Assembly: GCA_001509345.1 (NCBI GenBank)
Contig: LGGM01000013.1
Coordinates: forward strand, 846-32,845
Source: Clostridiales bacterium 38_11
GTDB lineage: Bacteria > Bacillota > Clostridia > Tissierellales > Dethiosulfatibacteraceae
Direction: 5' to 3'
DNA: 32,000 bases
Both the position numbers and the translations under genes were made by a program. Within the stretch, counting starts at the first letter, position 1; each line of letters starts with the position of its first letter. The notes beneath the pieces are model-generated. The model had not been told where the DNA came from, searched no databases, and saw nothing but the letters and a program-made list of their open reading frames with translations. This document shows, piece by piece, positions 1 to 8,454 of this stretch.

Positions 1-1
1 T

Positions 2-538
2 CAGGCATTCCAAGTCAATGTGGATAGAGAACATGGTATAATAGGTAGAATAAAATTATCAAAGTGCGGATATTACCAATATGTTCTAGGTAATGTGGTT
101 GGCATAGCAGGGATTGTCTTTATTATCTCAGTACTGCAGATGCTGCTGTTGAAAAATATGCTCTTTTATCAATTGAATATGGCAAAGTTGGTGGTCGGCT
201 TAGCTATATACTCATTATCCATATCATTATTGTCTCTAGCCATTATGTCGGTTTTAAAAAAGGGATCCGACTTTCAATTAGCCATTCCTTATCTTATGAT
301 TATCATATGGATTCTTGGAGGATGGATATACAGCGAGACCATAATTAATTCAGGCATGTTGCAATATATGGGCTTGATACCTGGAATGATGATAAAAGAT
401 GATCTAATAAATCAATTCACTGATGTGGGGCAGAACATCAGATGTGAAAGCATAATGATGGAAATGGGCTTTCAAATTTTTCTGTTTTGCTTTATTTATC
501 TAAAAGGAAAATCGGGGTACAATAAAAATGTTAATTGA
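2..538 (+). CDS. ABC-2-type transporter permease, 3' part only (5' end outside window)
   Basis: The frame is open from nt 2, with no stop upstream of the GTG at 20 that the ORF track used as start. The product is a run of hydrophobic helices (VVGIAGIVFIISVLQMLLL, LVVGLAIYSLSISLLSLAIMSV, IPYLMIIIWILGGWIY, GFQIFLFCFIYL). Its stop overlaps the next gene, an ABC ATPase, by 11 nt. Confidence 0.6.
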   Translation, partial: QAFQVNVDREHGIIGRIKLSKCGYYQYVLGNVVGIAGIVFIISVLQMLLLKNMLFYQLNMAKLVVGLAIYSLSISLLSLAIMSVLKKGSDFQLAIPYLMIIIWILGGWIYSETIINSGMLQYMGLIPGMMIKDDLINQFTDVGQNIRCESIMMEMGFQIFLFCFIYLKGKSGYNKNVN

Positions 539-1244
539 AATGAATCATATCCATAAACAGTACAGGAACAAAATGGTGCTCAATGATCTGAGCATTCAGA
601 TCGAACAAGGTTCAATTGCGGGGGTTTTAGGCCCAAATAGTGTCGGCAAAACAACATTGCTTAATATTATGAGCGGACTTGTTATTCCTGATTCGGGTGA
701 AGTGTTTTTTGAGGGAGGATCTGTCTCTGATTTCAAAAGCCATATTGGCTATGTTCCTCAAGAAATCGCTTTATATCACGACCTGTCAGTAAAGGATAAC
801 TTCAGGTTTTTTTCAGGTGTTTATGGACTGAACAGAGACAAATCAAGGGACCGTATGGCTTATATTTACGATATAATGGCACTTAAAGATCTTCATCGAA
901 TGAAAATCAAAAACCTCTCAGGTGGAATGAAAAGACGAGTAAATATAGGCATTGAGCTGTTGAAGGATCCCACGGTTTTGATAATGGATGAATCAACTGT
1001 TGGAATAGATATGGGTGCAAGGAAAGGCATTATAGATATGGTCAGAAAATTAAATGAGAAAGGCATTACCGTCATTTTTACCAGCCATCATATGAGTGAG
1101 TTGGAAAGCATCTGTACTGATTTCTTCTTTCTGAATGAAGGAAAAATAGTATTGGAAGGTAAAAAAAAGGCTATTTTGGGAAAAGACGAGAAAAAACGAA
1201 CGTTAGAAGATCTTTACAATGATATATATCGTTTTTTCGAGTGA
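528..1244 (+). CDS. ABC transporter ATP-binding protein
   Basis: Walker A GPNSVGKTT, Q-loop YVPQE, ABC signature LSGGMKRR, Walker B VLIMDEST and H-loop TSHHM are all present. The N-terminus MLIEMNHIHKQY is typical of this family. Confidence 0.9.
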   Translation: MLIEMNHIHKQYRNKMVLNDLSIQIEQGSIAGVLGPNSVGKTTLLNIMSGLVIPDSGEVFFEGGSVSDFKSHIGYVPQEIALYHDLSVKDNFRFFSGVYGLNRDKSRDRMAYIYDIMALKDLHRMKIKNLSGGMKRRVNIGIELLKDPTVLIMDESTVGIDMGARKGIIDMVRKLNEKGITVIFTSHHMSELESICTDFFFLNEGKIVLEGKKKAILGKDEKKRTLEDLYNDIYRFFE

Positions 1245-1318
1245 AAATTCCAAAATGTATAAAAATATTATATAAAAATCAGATATATAAAAATTATAAA
1301 AATTATATCAAAATTTTA

Positions 1319-1348
1319 TTGACAGTATGTGATTAAATGTGCTAAAAT
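1319..1348 (+). promoter_or_regulatory. sigma-A-type promoter for the leu leader
   Basis: TTGACA at 1319-1324, an 18-nt spacer, then an extended -10 TGcTAAAAT at 1340-1348. It lies just upstream of the T-box leader. Confidence 0.6.
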
Positions 1349-1354
1349 CACTAC

Positions 1355-1628
1355 TAATTAAGAAATCAAATGCAGTGATGGAGAAAAAAGTTTTCTAAAG
1401 GCAAGTTATAGAGAGTCGACGAGGGTGGAAGTCGGTACTGCCAGGAAAATACACTCACTCCAGAGCAGATTTTCTGAAAATGTAGGAAGATACGTGTGCC
1501 CCGTTAAAGGCTTAGAGTTTATCAGAACTTGAACTGAGAGATTTCAGTGTGCTTTGCATACCGGAATAAACAGAGTGGTACCGCGGGACATATCCCGCCT
1601 CTGACGTTAGTCAGAGGCGGGATTTTTT
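1355..1628 (+). promoter_or_regulatory. T-box riboswitch leader, predicted leucine (CUC) specifier
   Basis: Stem I elements are present: GA/K-turn-like GTGATGGAG (about 1375), AGAGAG bulge (1410-1415) and distal-loop GGTGGAA (1424-1430). The candidate specifier is CTC followed by A (1454-1457). The conserved T-box sequence AGAGTGGTACCGCGG is at 1572-1586 and overlaps the 5' arm region of a strong terminator. The leader sits directly upstream of leuA. Confidence 0.85.
1594..1628 (+). terminator. intrinsic terminator (attenuator) of the Leu T-box
   Basis: A 12-bp perfect stem, CCCGCCTCTGAC (1594-1605) with GTCAGAGGCGGG (1610-1621), has a 4-nt loop and is followed by TTTTTT (1623-1628). Confidence 0.85.
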
Positions 1629-1656
1629 GATTTCTAAAACACTAAAGGAGAATGTG

Positions 1657-3186
1657 ATGAGTAAATTGATTAAGATTTTCGACACCACCTTGAGAGACGG
1701 GGAGCAATCACCCGGATGCTCCATGAATTTAAAAGAAAAGATTGAGATGGCAAAGCAATTGGAAAGACTAAAGGTAGATATTATTGAGGCTGGATTTGCG
1801 GCAGCATCCCCAGGGGATATGAATGCTATCAGGGAAATAGCATCAGAAATGATAAATGTAACGGTTGCTAGTCTTGCTAGGGCGGAAAAAGATGATATAG
1901 ATAAGGCCTGGGAGAGTATAAGACAGGCAGCTGATCCAAGAATACACACCTTTATTGCAACCTCACCTATCCATATGAAATACAAGCTACAGATGAAACC
2001 CGAACAGGTAATGGACCAGGCGGAAGCCATGGTTAAATATGCCAAGAAATATGTTTCAAACATAGAGTTTTCAGCAGAGGATGCCACAAGAAGCGAAATA
2101 GATTTTCTTGCCAAAATATTTACAAGAGCTATAAAGGCTGGGGCGACAACAATTAATATACCGGATACAGTTGGTTACACAACACCGGACGAGTATTATG
2201 AGTTTCTAATGGAATTGAGAAGGAAATGTCCGGCTCTGGATCGGGTTGCGATTTCTGTTCATTGCCACAATGATCTGGGGTTGGGAGTGGCCAATTCACT
2301 TGCAGCTATGAGAGCTGGAGCAACCCAGATTGAATGCACGATTAACGGCATAGGGGAAAGAGCGGGTAACGCTGCTTTGGAAGAAATTGTTATGGCTGTC
2401 AATACTAGGAAAGATAGATATGATTATCAATTTAATATTGAAACCACTCAGATTATAAGATCAAGTGAGCTGTTGACAAGCATCACAGGCGTAAAAGTCC
2501 AGCCTAACAAGGCGATTGTCGGCTCAAATGCCTTTGCTCATGAAGCAGGTATACACCAGCATGGCATGCTGAGCAATAAGGCAACCTACGAAATCATGAC
2601 ACCGGAATCGGTTGGGCTGACAAAAAATAAGCTTGTCTTAGGCAAACACTCGGGAAGACATGCATTCAACGATAAAATAATTTCAATGGGCTATCATTTG
2701 ACTAAAGGAGAGTTGGATGAGGCTTTCAAGAAGTTCAAAGATATAGCAGATAAGAAGAAGGAGGTCTATGATAGGGATATAGATGCGCTGGTATCAAGGC
2801 AAAACATTGACGTACCTAAAGAACTATCTCTTGAAAGATTTGTGATTAATAGCGGCAATACCATTACATCAACAGCCTCCGTCAGAATTATAATAAAAAA
2901 CGAGATGAAGGAAGAAGTTGCAACAGGTGATGGTCCTATTGATGCCGTGTTTAAAGCCATAGAAAAAATTGTCGGAAAGAGATTGAAACTTGAAGACTAT
3001 GCCTTGAACTCTGTAACAGAGGGTGAAGATGCGCTTGGAGATGCGACCGTCAAGCTTAGAGAAAACGGACATGTATATATCGGTAGGGGATTGTCAACAG
3101 ATGTTGTTGAGGCCAGTGTCAAGGCATATATCAATGCTGTGAATAAAATGATTTACGATCAGGAACAGAATAAGGAGGCAGTCTGA
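1657..3186 (+). CDS. leuA: 2-isopropylmalate synthase
   Basis: [30 protein letters not shown] and HEAGIHQHG motifs are present, along with a C-terminal LeuA regulatory domain. I moved the start to the ATG at 1657, which has AAGGAG at 1645-1650. The ORF-track TTG at 1627 lies inside the terminator T-run. Confidence 0.95.
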   Translation: MSKLIKIFDTTLRDGEQSPGCSMNLKEKIEMAKQLERLKVDIIEAGFAAASPGDMNAIREIASEMINVTVASLARAEKDDIDKAWESIRQAADPRIHTFIATSPIHMKYKLQMKPEQVMDQAEAMVKYAKKYVSNIEFSAEDATRSEIDFLAKIFTRAIKAGATTINIPDTVGYTTPDEYYEFLMELRRKCPALDRVAISVHCHNDLGLGVANSLAAMRAGATQIECTINGIGERAGNAALEEIVMAVNTRKDRYDYQFNIETTQIIRSSELLTSITGVKVQPNKAIVGSNAFAHEAGIHQHGMLSNKATYEIMTPESVGLTKNKLVLGKHSGRHAFNDKIISMGYHLTKGELDEAFKKFKDIADKKKEVYDRDIDALVSRQNIDVPKELSLERFVINSGNTITSTASVRIIIKNEMKEEVATGDGPIDAVFKAIEKIVGKRLKLEDYALNSVTEGEDALGDATVKLRENGHVYIGRGLSTDVVEASVKAYINAVNKMIYDQEQNKEAV

Positions 3187-4472
3187 TGGGAATGACAATG
3201 ACTCAAAAAATTCTTGCCGCCCATTGCGGTCAGGAAACGGTAAAAGCTGGAGAGTTTGTGGAGATAGATCTGGATATGGTTCTGGGAAATGATATCACAA
3301 CGCCTGTTGCTATACGGGAATTTGACAAAATGGGTGCGAAAAAGGTATTTGACAAAGAAAAAATAGCAATTGTGCTGGATCATTTCTCACCAAATAAAGA
3401 TATAAAATCAGCGGAGCAAGCCAAGGAATGCAGGATTTTTTCAAATGAATATAAGATAAAGCATTTTTATGATGTGGGACAAATGGGAATAGAGCACGCA
3501 CTTCTGCCCGAAAAAGGGATTGTTGTGGCAGGGGATACGGTGATAGGAGCAGATTCTCATACATGCACCTATGGTGCGCTTGGAGCTTTCTCAACAGGTG
3601 TTGGCAGTACAGATATGGCAGCGGGCATGGCAAGGGGTAAAGTTTGGATAAAAATCCCGTCAGCCATTCAGGTGAGACTGACGGGTAAGCCCTCAAGCTA
3701 TGTCAGTGGTAAAGATGTGATACTTCACCTAATTGGAACCATAGGTGTTGACGGCGCATTGTATAAGTCTCTTGAATTTACAGGCGAGGGTGTGAGTGCT
3801 CTGACGATGGACGATCGATTCACGATAGTCAATATGGTAATAGAAGCAGGGGCAAAAAATGGAGTTTTCCCAGTGGATAATAAGACCATATCGTATATGA
3901 CTGGGAGAGCAGAAAGAGAATGGAAAATCTACGAGGCTGATCGTGATGCGGAATACGATGAAACCATTGAGATCAATCTTTCAGAACTGAAATTGACTGT
4001 TGCATTCCCTCATCTTCCTGAAAATATCAGAATAATTGATAATGTCGGTGATATCAGCATCGATCAGGTCGTGATAGGATCGTGCACGAATGGCAGGATC
4101 GATGATATGCGTGTTGCAGCGGAGATTTTAAAGGGCAAGAAAGTGCATAAATCTGTAAGAGCCATCATCATCCCGGCTACACAGGAAATCTATCTGCAAT
4201 GCATCAGGGAAGGACTAACCGAGATATTTATTGAAGCGGGAGCTATCGTGAGCACACCAACCTGCGGACCATGTCTAGGTGGTTACATGGGTATTTTAGC
4301 AGCCGGAGAGAGAGTGGTATCGACAACAAACAGAAATTTTGTCGGTAGAATGGGGCATACAGCATCAGAGATTTATCTGGCGTCCCCGGCAATCGCAGCA
4401 GCCTCAGCTATAACAGGAAAGATATCAAATCCACTCATAAAGGAGAAACAAATAGATGATAGCCAGCGGTAA
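3186..4472 (+). CDS. leuC: 3-isopropylmalate dehydratase large subunit
   Basis: Aconitase-family motifs are present: [15 protein letters not shown] and the Fe-S ligand region TPTCGPCLG. The ATG overlaps the leuA stop (TGATG), with AGGAGG at 3173-3178. Confidence 0.95.
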   Translation: MGMTMTQKILAAHCGQETVKAGEFVEIDLDMVLGNDITTPVAIREFDKMGAKKVFDKEKIAIVLDHFSPNKDIKSAEQAKECRIFSNEYKIKHFYDVGQMGIEHALLPEKGIVVAGDTVIGADSHTCTYGALGAFSTGVGSTDMAAGMARGKVWIKIPSAIQVRLTGKPSSYVSGKDVILHLIGTIGVDGALYKSLEFTGEGVSALTMDDRFTIVNMVIEAGAKNGVFPVDNKTISYMTGRAEREWKIYEADRDAEYDETIEINLSELKLTVAFPHLPENIRIIDNVGDISIDQVVIGSCTNGRIDDMRVAAEILKGKKVHKSVRAIIIPATQEIYLQCIREGLTEIFIEAGAIVSTPTCGPCLGGYMGILAAGERVVSTTNRNFVGRMGHTASEIYLASPAIAAASAITGKISNPLIKEKQIDDSQR

Positions 4473-4947
4473 AGTATTCAAATATGGAGATAATATAGAC
4501 ACGGATGTCATTATACCGGCAAGATACCTCAACACAGCAAATCCTAAAGAATTGGCGAAGTATTGTATGGAAGATATTGATAAGAGCTTTGTGGATAAAG
4601 TTAGAGAGGGAGATGTAATTGTCGCTGGCAAAAACTTTGGATGCGGTTCGTCAAGAGAGCATGCTCCTATAGCCATAAAAGCGTCAGGCATTTCATGTGT
4701 GATAGCCAGTAGCTATGCTAGGATTTTCTATAGGAATTCATTCAACATAGGGCTGCCAATTATGGAATCTGAAGAGGCATCAGAAAAAATCGAGTTGAAT
4801 GATGATGTGTCAATAAATTTTGAAACTGGAGAAATTCACAATCTGACCAAAAATGAATTATATCAGGCACAACCATTTCCTGAATTTATACAAAAAATCA
4901 TTGAGGCTGGTGGATTGGTTGGGTATGTCAGAGAGGAATTAGAATAA
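4456..4947 (+). CDS. leuD: 3-isopropylmalate dehydratase small subunit
   Basis: Swivel-domain motifs [15 protein letters not shown] and [14 protein letters not shown] are present. It overlaps leuC by 17 nt and encodes 163 aa. Confidence 0.95.
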   Translation: MIASGKVFKYGDNIDTDVIIPARYLNTANPKELAKYCMEDIDKSFVDKVREGDVIVAGKNFGCGSSREHAPIAIKASGISCVIASSYARIFYRNSFNIGLPIMESEEASEKIELNDDVSINFETGEIHNLTKNELYQAQPFPEFIQKIIEAGGLVGYVREELE

Positions 4948-4972
4948 AACAAAAGGAATAACAGGAGGTTTT

Positions 4973-6028
4973 ATGACTTTTAATATTGCATTAATTAAAG
5001 GGGATGGCATTGGGCCTGAAATAATGAACGAAACAGTAAGAGTGTTGTATGCTGTTGGTGAGAAATTTGGGCATAGTTTTGAGATAAAAGAAGTATTGGC
5101 AGGTGGAGCCGCTATTGAGGCTGCTGGTTGCAATCTTCCGGAAATCACTATGGAGGTCTGCAAAAATAGCGATGCAGTTCTCCTTGGCGCTGTTGGTGGA
5201 TCGAAATGGGATCACCTTCAGGGCAGTAAGAGACCGGAGATGGCGCTATTGACATTAAGAAAAGAGTTAGGGCTTTTTGCCAATATCAGACCCGCTGTGA
5301 TGTTTGAAGCGTTAAAGGATACTTGTCCCTTAAAATCAGAAATTGTTGAAGGTGGACTTGATATGGTGATTGTACGGGAGCTTACCGGTGGCATATACTT
5401 TGGAAAGAGAGAGACCTCCCAGACCTATGCCTGTGATTGCATGGAGTACTGGGAGTATGAAATAGCGAGAATTGCTGAAAAAGCTTTTCAGATAGCCATG
5501 AAGAGGAACAAAAAACTTACCAGTATTGACAAGGCAAATGTATTGGACACATCGCGACTATGGCGGAAAACTGTAGACAAGATTAGCAAAAAGTATCCAG
5601 AGGTCCAAGTGTCACATATGTATGTGGATAATGCCGCTATGCAGCTTGTAATCAATCCCAAGCAGTTTGATGTCATTTTGACAGAGAACATGTTCGGAGA
5701 TATATTATCGGATGAGGCCAGTATGATAACCGGTTCTATTGGAATGCTCCCTTCTGCATCATTAGGGGATAAGCAGTTTGGAATGTATGAGCCAATTCAT
5801 GGTTCTGCACCAGATATAGCCGGAAAGAATATAGCCAATCCAATTGCAAGCATTCTCTCAGCTGCGATGATGTTCAGACATACCTTCTCTATGGAAGAAG
5901 AAGCCAGAGCAATTGAAAAAGCTGTAGAAAGCATCTTGAATCAGGGCTATAGAACCTTGGATATCACAAATGGAAAAGACTATATCGGGACCATGGAAAT
6001 AACGGATAAAATAATAGAAATGCTATAA
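4973..6028 (+). CDS. leuB: 3-isopropylmalate dehydrogenase
   Basis: GDGIGPEI, VRELTGGIYFG, NMFGDILSDEASMITGSIGMLPSASL and HGSAPDIAGK motifs are present. RBS is AGGAGG. Confidence 0.95.
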   Translation: MTFNIALIKGDGIGPEIMNETVRVLYAVGEKFGHSFEIKEVLAGGAAIEAAGCNLPEITMEVCKNSDAVLLGAVGGSKWDHLQGSKRPEMALLTLRKELGLFANIRPAVMFEALKDTCPLKSEIVEGGLDMVIVRELTGGIYFGKRETSQTYACDCMEYWEYEIARIAEKAFQIAMKRNKKLTSIDKANVLDTSRLWRKTVDKISKKYPEVQVSHMYVDNAAMQLVINPKQFDVILTENMFGDILSDEASMITGSIGMLPSASLGDKQFGMYEPIHGSAPDIAGKNIANPIASILSAAMMFRHTFSMEEEARAIEKAVESILNQGYRTLDITNGKDYIGTMEITDKIIEML

Positions 6029-6040
6029 AAAACATAAAAA

Positions 6041-6067
6041 AGCCATCGAATTTTTGATACGATGGCT
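6041..6067. terminator. hairpin between convergent leuB and SPFH genes
   Basis: An 8-bp stem, AGCCATCG (6041-6048) with CGATGGCT (6060-6067). A U-tract follows only on the minus-strand transcript (A-run 6035-6040), so it fits best as the terminator of the SPFH operon. It is weaker for leuB. Confidence 0.6.
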
Positions 6068-6086
6068 CAACTCTATAAACCATTAT

Positions 6087-7019
6087 CTAACTATTTTTAG
6101 TTTCATCAATCAATGGCAAGTCTTCTTTAGCAGTCTTGGATATTTCTGTCAGTGATGAGACCAAACCAGCGATGGCCTGAATCTCTGATGGAATGATAAT
6201 TTTTGTTGCTCTGCCATCGGCAGCAGCGACAAATGCCTCCAGACTCTTCAAAGACAAAACCTCTTTGCTTGGATGTGATTCATTAATCCGCCTTATACCT
6301 TCGGCTGTGGCTGTCTGAACAGTGACAATTGCCTCTGCCTGTCCCTCTGCTCTTCTGATAGCAGCCTCTTTATCAGCCTCAGCTTCAAGGATAAGAGATT
6401 CTTTTTTACCTTCAGCGACGAGGATTGCAGAACGCTTTTCGCCCTCAGCTCTCAGTATGGATTCTCTTCTTTGTCTCTCTGCTTTCATTTGTTTTTCCAT
6501 TGCATCCTGGATTTCGGATGGCGGCATGATGTTTTTAAGCTCAACTCTGTTTACTTTAATTCCCCATGGGTCAGTGGCTTCATCAAGGATCACTCTCATT
6601 CTTGTGTTGATGACTTCTCTTGAAGTTAATGATTCATCCAGTTCCAGGTCACCTATAATATTTCTGAGAGTTGTTGCTGTCAGGTTTTCTATTGCGGATA
6701 AGGGTCTTTCAACACCATATGTGAATGATTTGGGGTCGGATATTTGAAAAAACACAACTGTATCAATCTGCATGGTGACGTTATCTTCAGTAATCACCGG
6801 TTGGGGTGGAAAATCAACAACCTGTTCTTTTAGAGAAACCCTTCTGGATATTCTGTCAATAAAAGGCATTTTAAAATGCAGACCCGTTTCCCAGGTTGTG
6901 TGATATGCACCAAGTCTTTCAATGACGAAAGCATTTGCCTGTGGAACAATTTTTATGTTTGCCACAACAATCACGATTACAATAGCCAATATAAATAAAA
7001 AAGGGATATATTCTATCAT
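6087..7019 (-). CDS. SPFH/band-7 (stomatin/prohibitin-like) membrane protein
   Basis: It has an N-terminal TM helix, then an SPFH core (VPQANAFVIERLGAYHTTWETGLHFKMPFID, ATTLRNIIGDLELDE). The C-terminus is an Ala/Glu-rich coiled coil (EKQMKAERQRRESILRAEGEK...). Its ATG overlaps the nfeD stop (ATGA). Confidence 0.9.
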   Translation of the reverse strand: MIEYIPFLFILAIVIVIVVANIKIVPQANAFVIERLGAYHTTWETGLHFKMPFIDRISRRVSLKEQVVDFPPQPVITEDNVTMQIDTVVFFQISDPKSFTYGVERPLSAIENLTATTLRNIIGDLELDESLTSREVINTRMRVILDEATDPWGIKVNRVELKNIMPPSEIQDAMEKQMKAERQRRESILRAEGEKRSAILVAEGKKESLILEAEADKEAAIRRAEGQAEAIVTVQTATAEGIRRINESHPSKEVLSLKSLEAFVAAADGRATKIIIPSEIQAIAGLVSSLTEISKTAKEDLPLIDETKNS

Positions 7020-7459
7020 TTAGCAACCTCCATTTGATTTACTATTAATTTAACGCCGTCGATTCTTTCGACTCTTACCAAGGCGTCCATTGGTATGATT
7101 GATTCGTTTGAGGAGCGGGCTGTCCAGATTTGGTTTGAGATCCTTACCAATCCTTTGGCATTGAGATTATCAATCTCTTCAATCACTTTACCGACATCAC
7201 CAATGAGCTTATCTGCGTTTGTATGTATTTTACCCACTTTTAAATATTTTATGACCAAGGGTCTGGTAAAATAAATCATAATTGCCGAAGAGACTAAAAA
7301 AACTGCAATCTGACCGATTGGAGAAAAATCAAGCAATTGAGCAATTAAGGCTATGACTGAAGCAATAGCAAACCATATGGTTGTTATACCAGCTGTCACA
7401 GCTTCAATGACAACAAAAACAACAATTAGGCCTATCCATAAAATACTAGCAGGTTCCAT
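7016..7459 (-). CDS. NfeD-family membrane protein
   Basis: Three N-terminal TM helices are followed by a C-terminal OB-like domain (GLVRISNQIWTARS...VRVERIDGVKLIV). It is translationally coupled to the downstream SPFH gene, which is the classical NfeD-SPFH pair. RBS is AGGAGG. Confidence 0.85.
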   Translation of the reverse strand: MEPASILWIGLIVVFVVIEAVTAGITTIWFAIASVIALIAQLLDFSPIGQIAVFLVSSAIMIYFTRPLVIKYLKVGKIHTNADKLIGDVGKVIEEIDNLNAKGLVRISNQIWTARSSNESIIPMDALVRVERIDGVKLIVNQMEVAK

Positions 7460-7550
7460 GATATTCCTCCTTTGAAAGGTTTAACACCTATAAAAATTTA
7501 TTCATAGTTTATTGTATCATTAAATTTATCAAATGAACATTAAATTAATA

Positions 7551-8345
7551 TTAATTCGATACCCCTCTCTGTTCAGTGAGATTAAATGATTTGCCCTTTT
7601 GCCAAATGGTTTTTAGCTGGCAAAGGAGATGATTATCAGGACTGCTGACCATGTGGACGAGTTCGGTCTTGTCTTCGAATTCATAAGACTTCGTGATGAT
7701 ATTAACTGATTGCCCATATTTGATTTCCTTTCTATAGACTATGTCGATGTGGATGAGATCGCATCTCGTCACGATTTCAAAGGGAACGGTCTCAATCGCC
7801 CAAGCCAGATATTTTGTGTTATTGACATGCAGGTTGTTGTCGATATCCATATATCTTATTATAATGGTTGTCTCCGAATCTCCTTCTGTCAATTTTGGGA
7901 TATTGTTGAAGTTGATCTTTTCAGAAAACCTGTCTTTGGTTGTGAAGCCATATGCTTTTGTAAGATCCTTAGTGATTCTGCATAACTTCTTTGATTCAAC
8001 ATCAACTATGGTCCAAGTTGAATATGCAAATGTAATGAGATTTTCATTTTCATCATACATCTCAAACTTCCGGTAAACATAAAATCTTTCATAATACATT
8101 GGGAAGGTGATAATTTTCACTTTCTCTCTAAATGCCGGCATCCTGTTAATGTGGATGTTGTATTTTAGAAGAACCCATATAAGGTTGTTTGAAATCATGT
8201 AATCATGTCCAACACCAAGAAATGATGATTGACTGGTCGCGGCATCCTGAAAAAGTCCAATCAATGACTGTGGAGAAAGCTTATCTTTATAATCTGTGTA
8301 AAAACATAATATCTCATAAGATTTGGTTGTTTTCATCAATGGCAT
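7551..8345 (-). CDS. acyl-ACP thioesterase family protein
   Basis: The double hot-dog architecture and N-terminal region (YEILCFYTDYKDKLSPQSLIGLFQDAATSQS) are typical of the bacterial FatA/B-like family. I moved the start to the ATG at 8345 (MPLMK), which has AGGAG at 8353-8357. The ORF-track start at 8366 would sit only about 11 nt from the predicted -10 and has no SD. Confidence 0.8.
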   Translation of the reverse strand: MPLMKTTKSYEILCFYTDYKDKLSPQSLIGLFQDAATSQSSFLGVGHDYMISNNLIWVLLKYNIHINRMPAFREKVKIITFPMYYERFYVYRKFEMYDENENLITFAYSTWTIVDVESKKLCRITKDLTKAYGFTTKDRFSEKINFNNIPKLTEGDSETTIIIRYMDIDNNLHVNNTKYLAWAIETVPFEIVTRCDLIHIDIVYRKEIKYGQSVNIITKSYEFEDKTELVHMVSSPDNHLLCQLKTIWQKGKSFNLTEQRGVSN

Positions 8346-8376
8346 ATTTTTGCTCCTAATATACATTATTGATAAT

Positions 8377-8385
8377 ATTATACCA
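8377..8385 (-). promoter_or_regulatory. extended -10 promoter element for the thioesterase gene
   Basis: The minus strand reads TGgTATAAT (8385 down to 8377). The -35 is poor (AAGAGA). Confidence 0.5.
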
Positions 8386-8454
8386 CAACTCTAAAAATTT
8401 CTCTTTACCCACTTTAATAATATCCATATAATATAACTCAAAGGACGGGGAGCA

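Noticed and set aside
1627-1656. ORF-track 5' extensions: leuA from the TTG at 1627, hup from 15948, the GS-like gene from the TTG at 24757, the thioesterase from 8366 and rnmV from 23177.
   Set aside because: The extensions run into terminator, promoter or palindrome sequence and lack an SD. In each case an internal start codon has a well-spaced AGGAG-type SD and yields the canonical family N-terminus.
1611-2114. Long antisense ORFs inside well-supported genes. This one lies opposite leuA. Others are 6322-6747(+), 9291-9710(-), 10156-10602(-), 14586-14996(-), 15283-15663(-), 18302-18724(-) and 30555-30953(-).
   Set aside because: Each lies fully within a CDS that has clear family motifs on the other strand. 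Each has a low-complexity Ser/Ile/Phe/Leu-rich composition, no SD and no recognisable motif. These are typical shadow ORFs of AT-rich genomes.
6087-7459. NfeD-SPFH pair as a novel system.
   Set aside because: This two-gene module is widespread and already described. Only its possible linkage to the thioesterase gene is reported.
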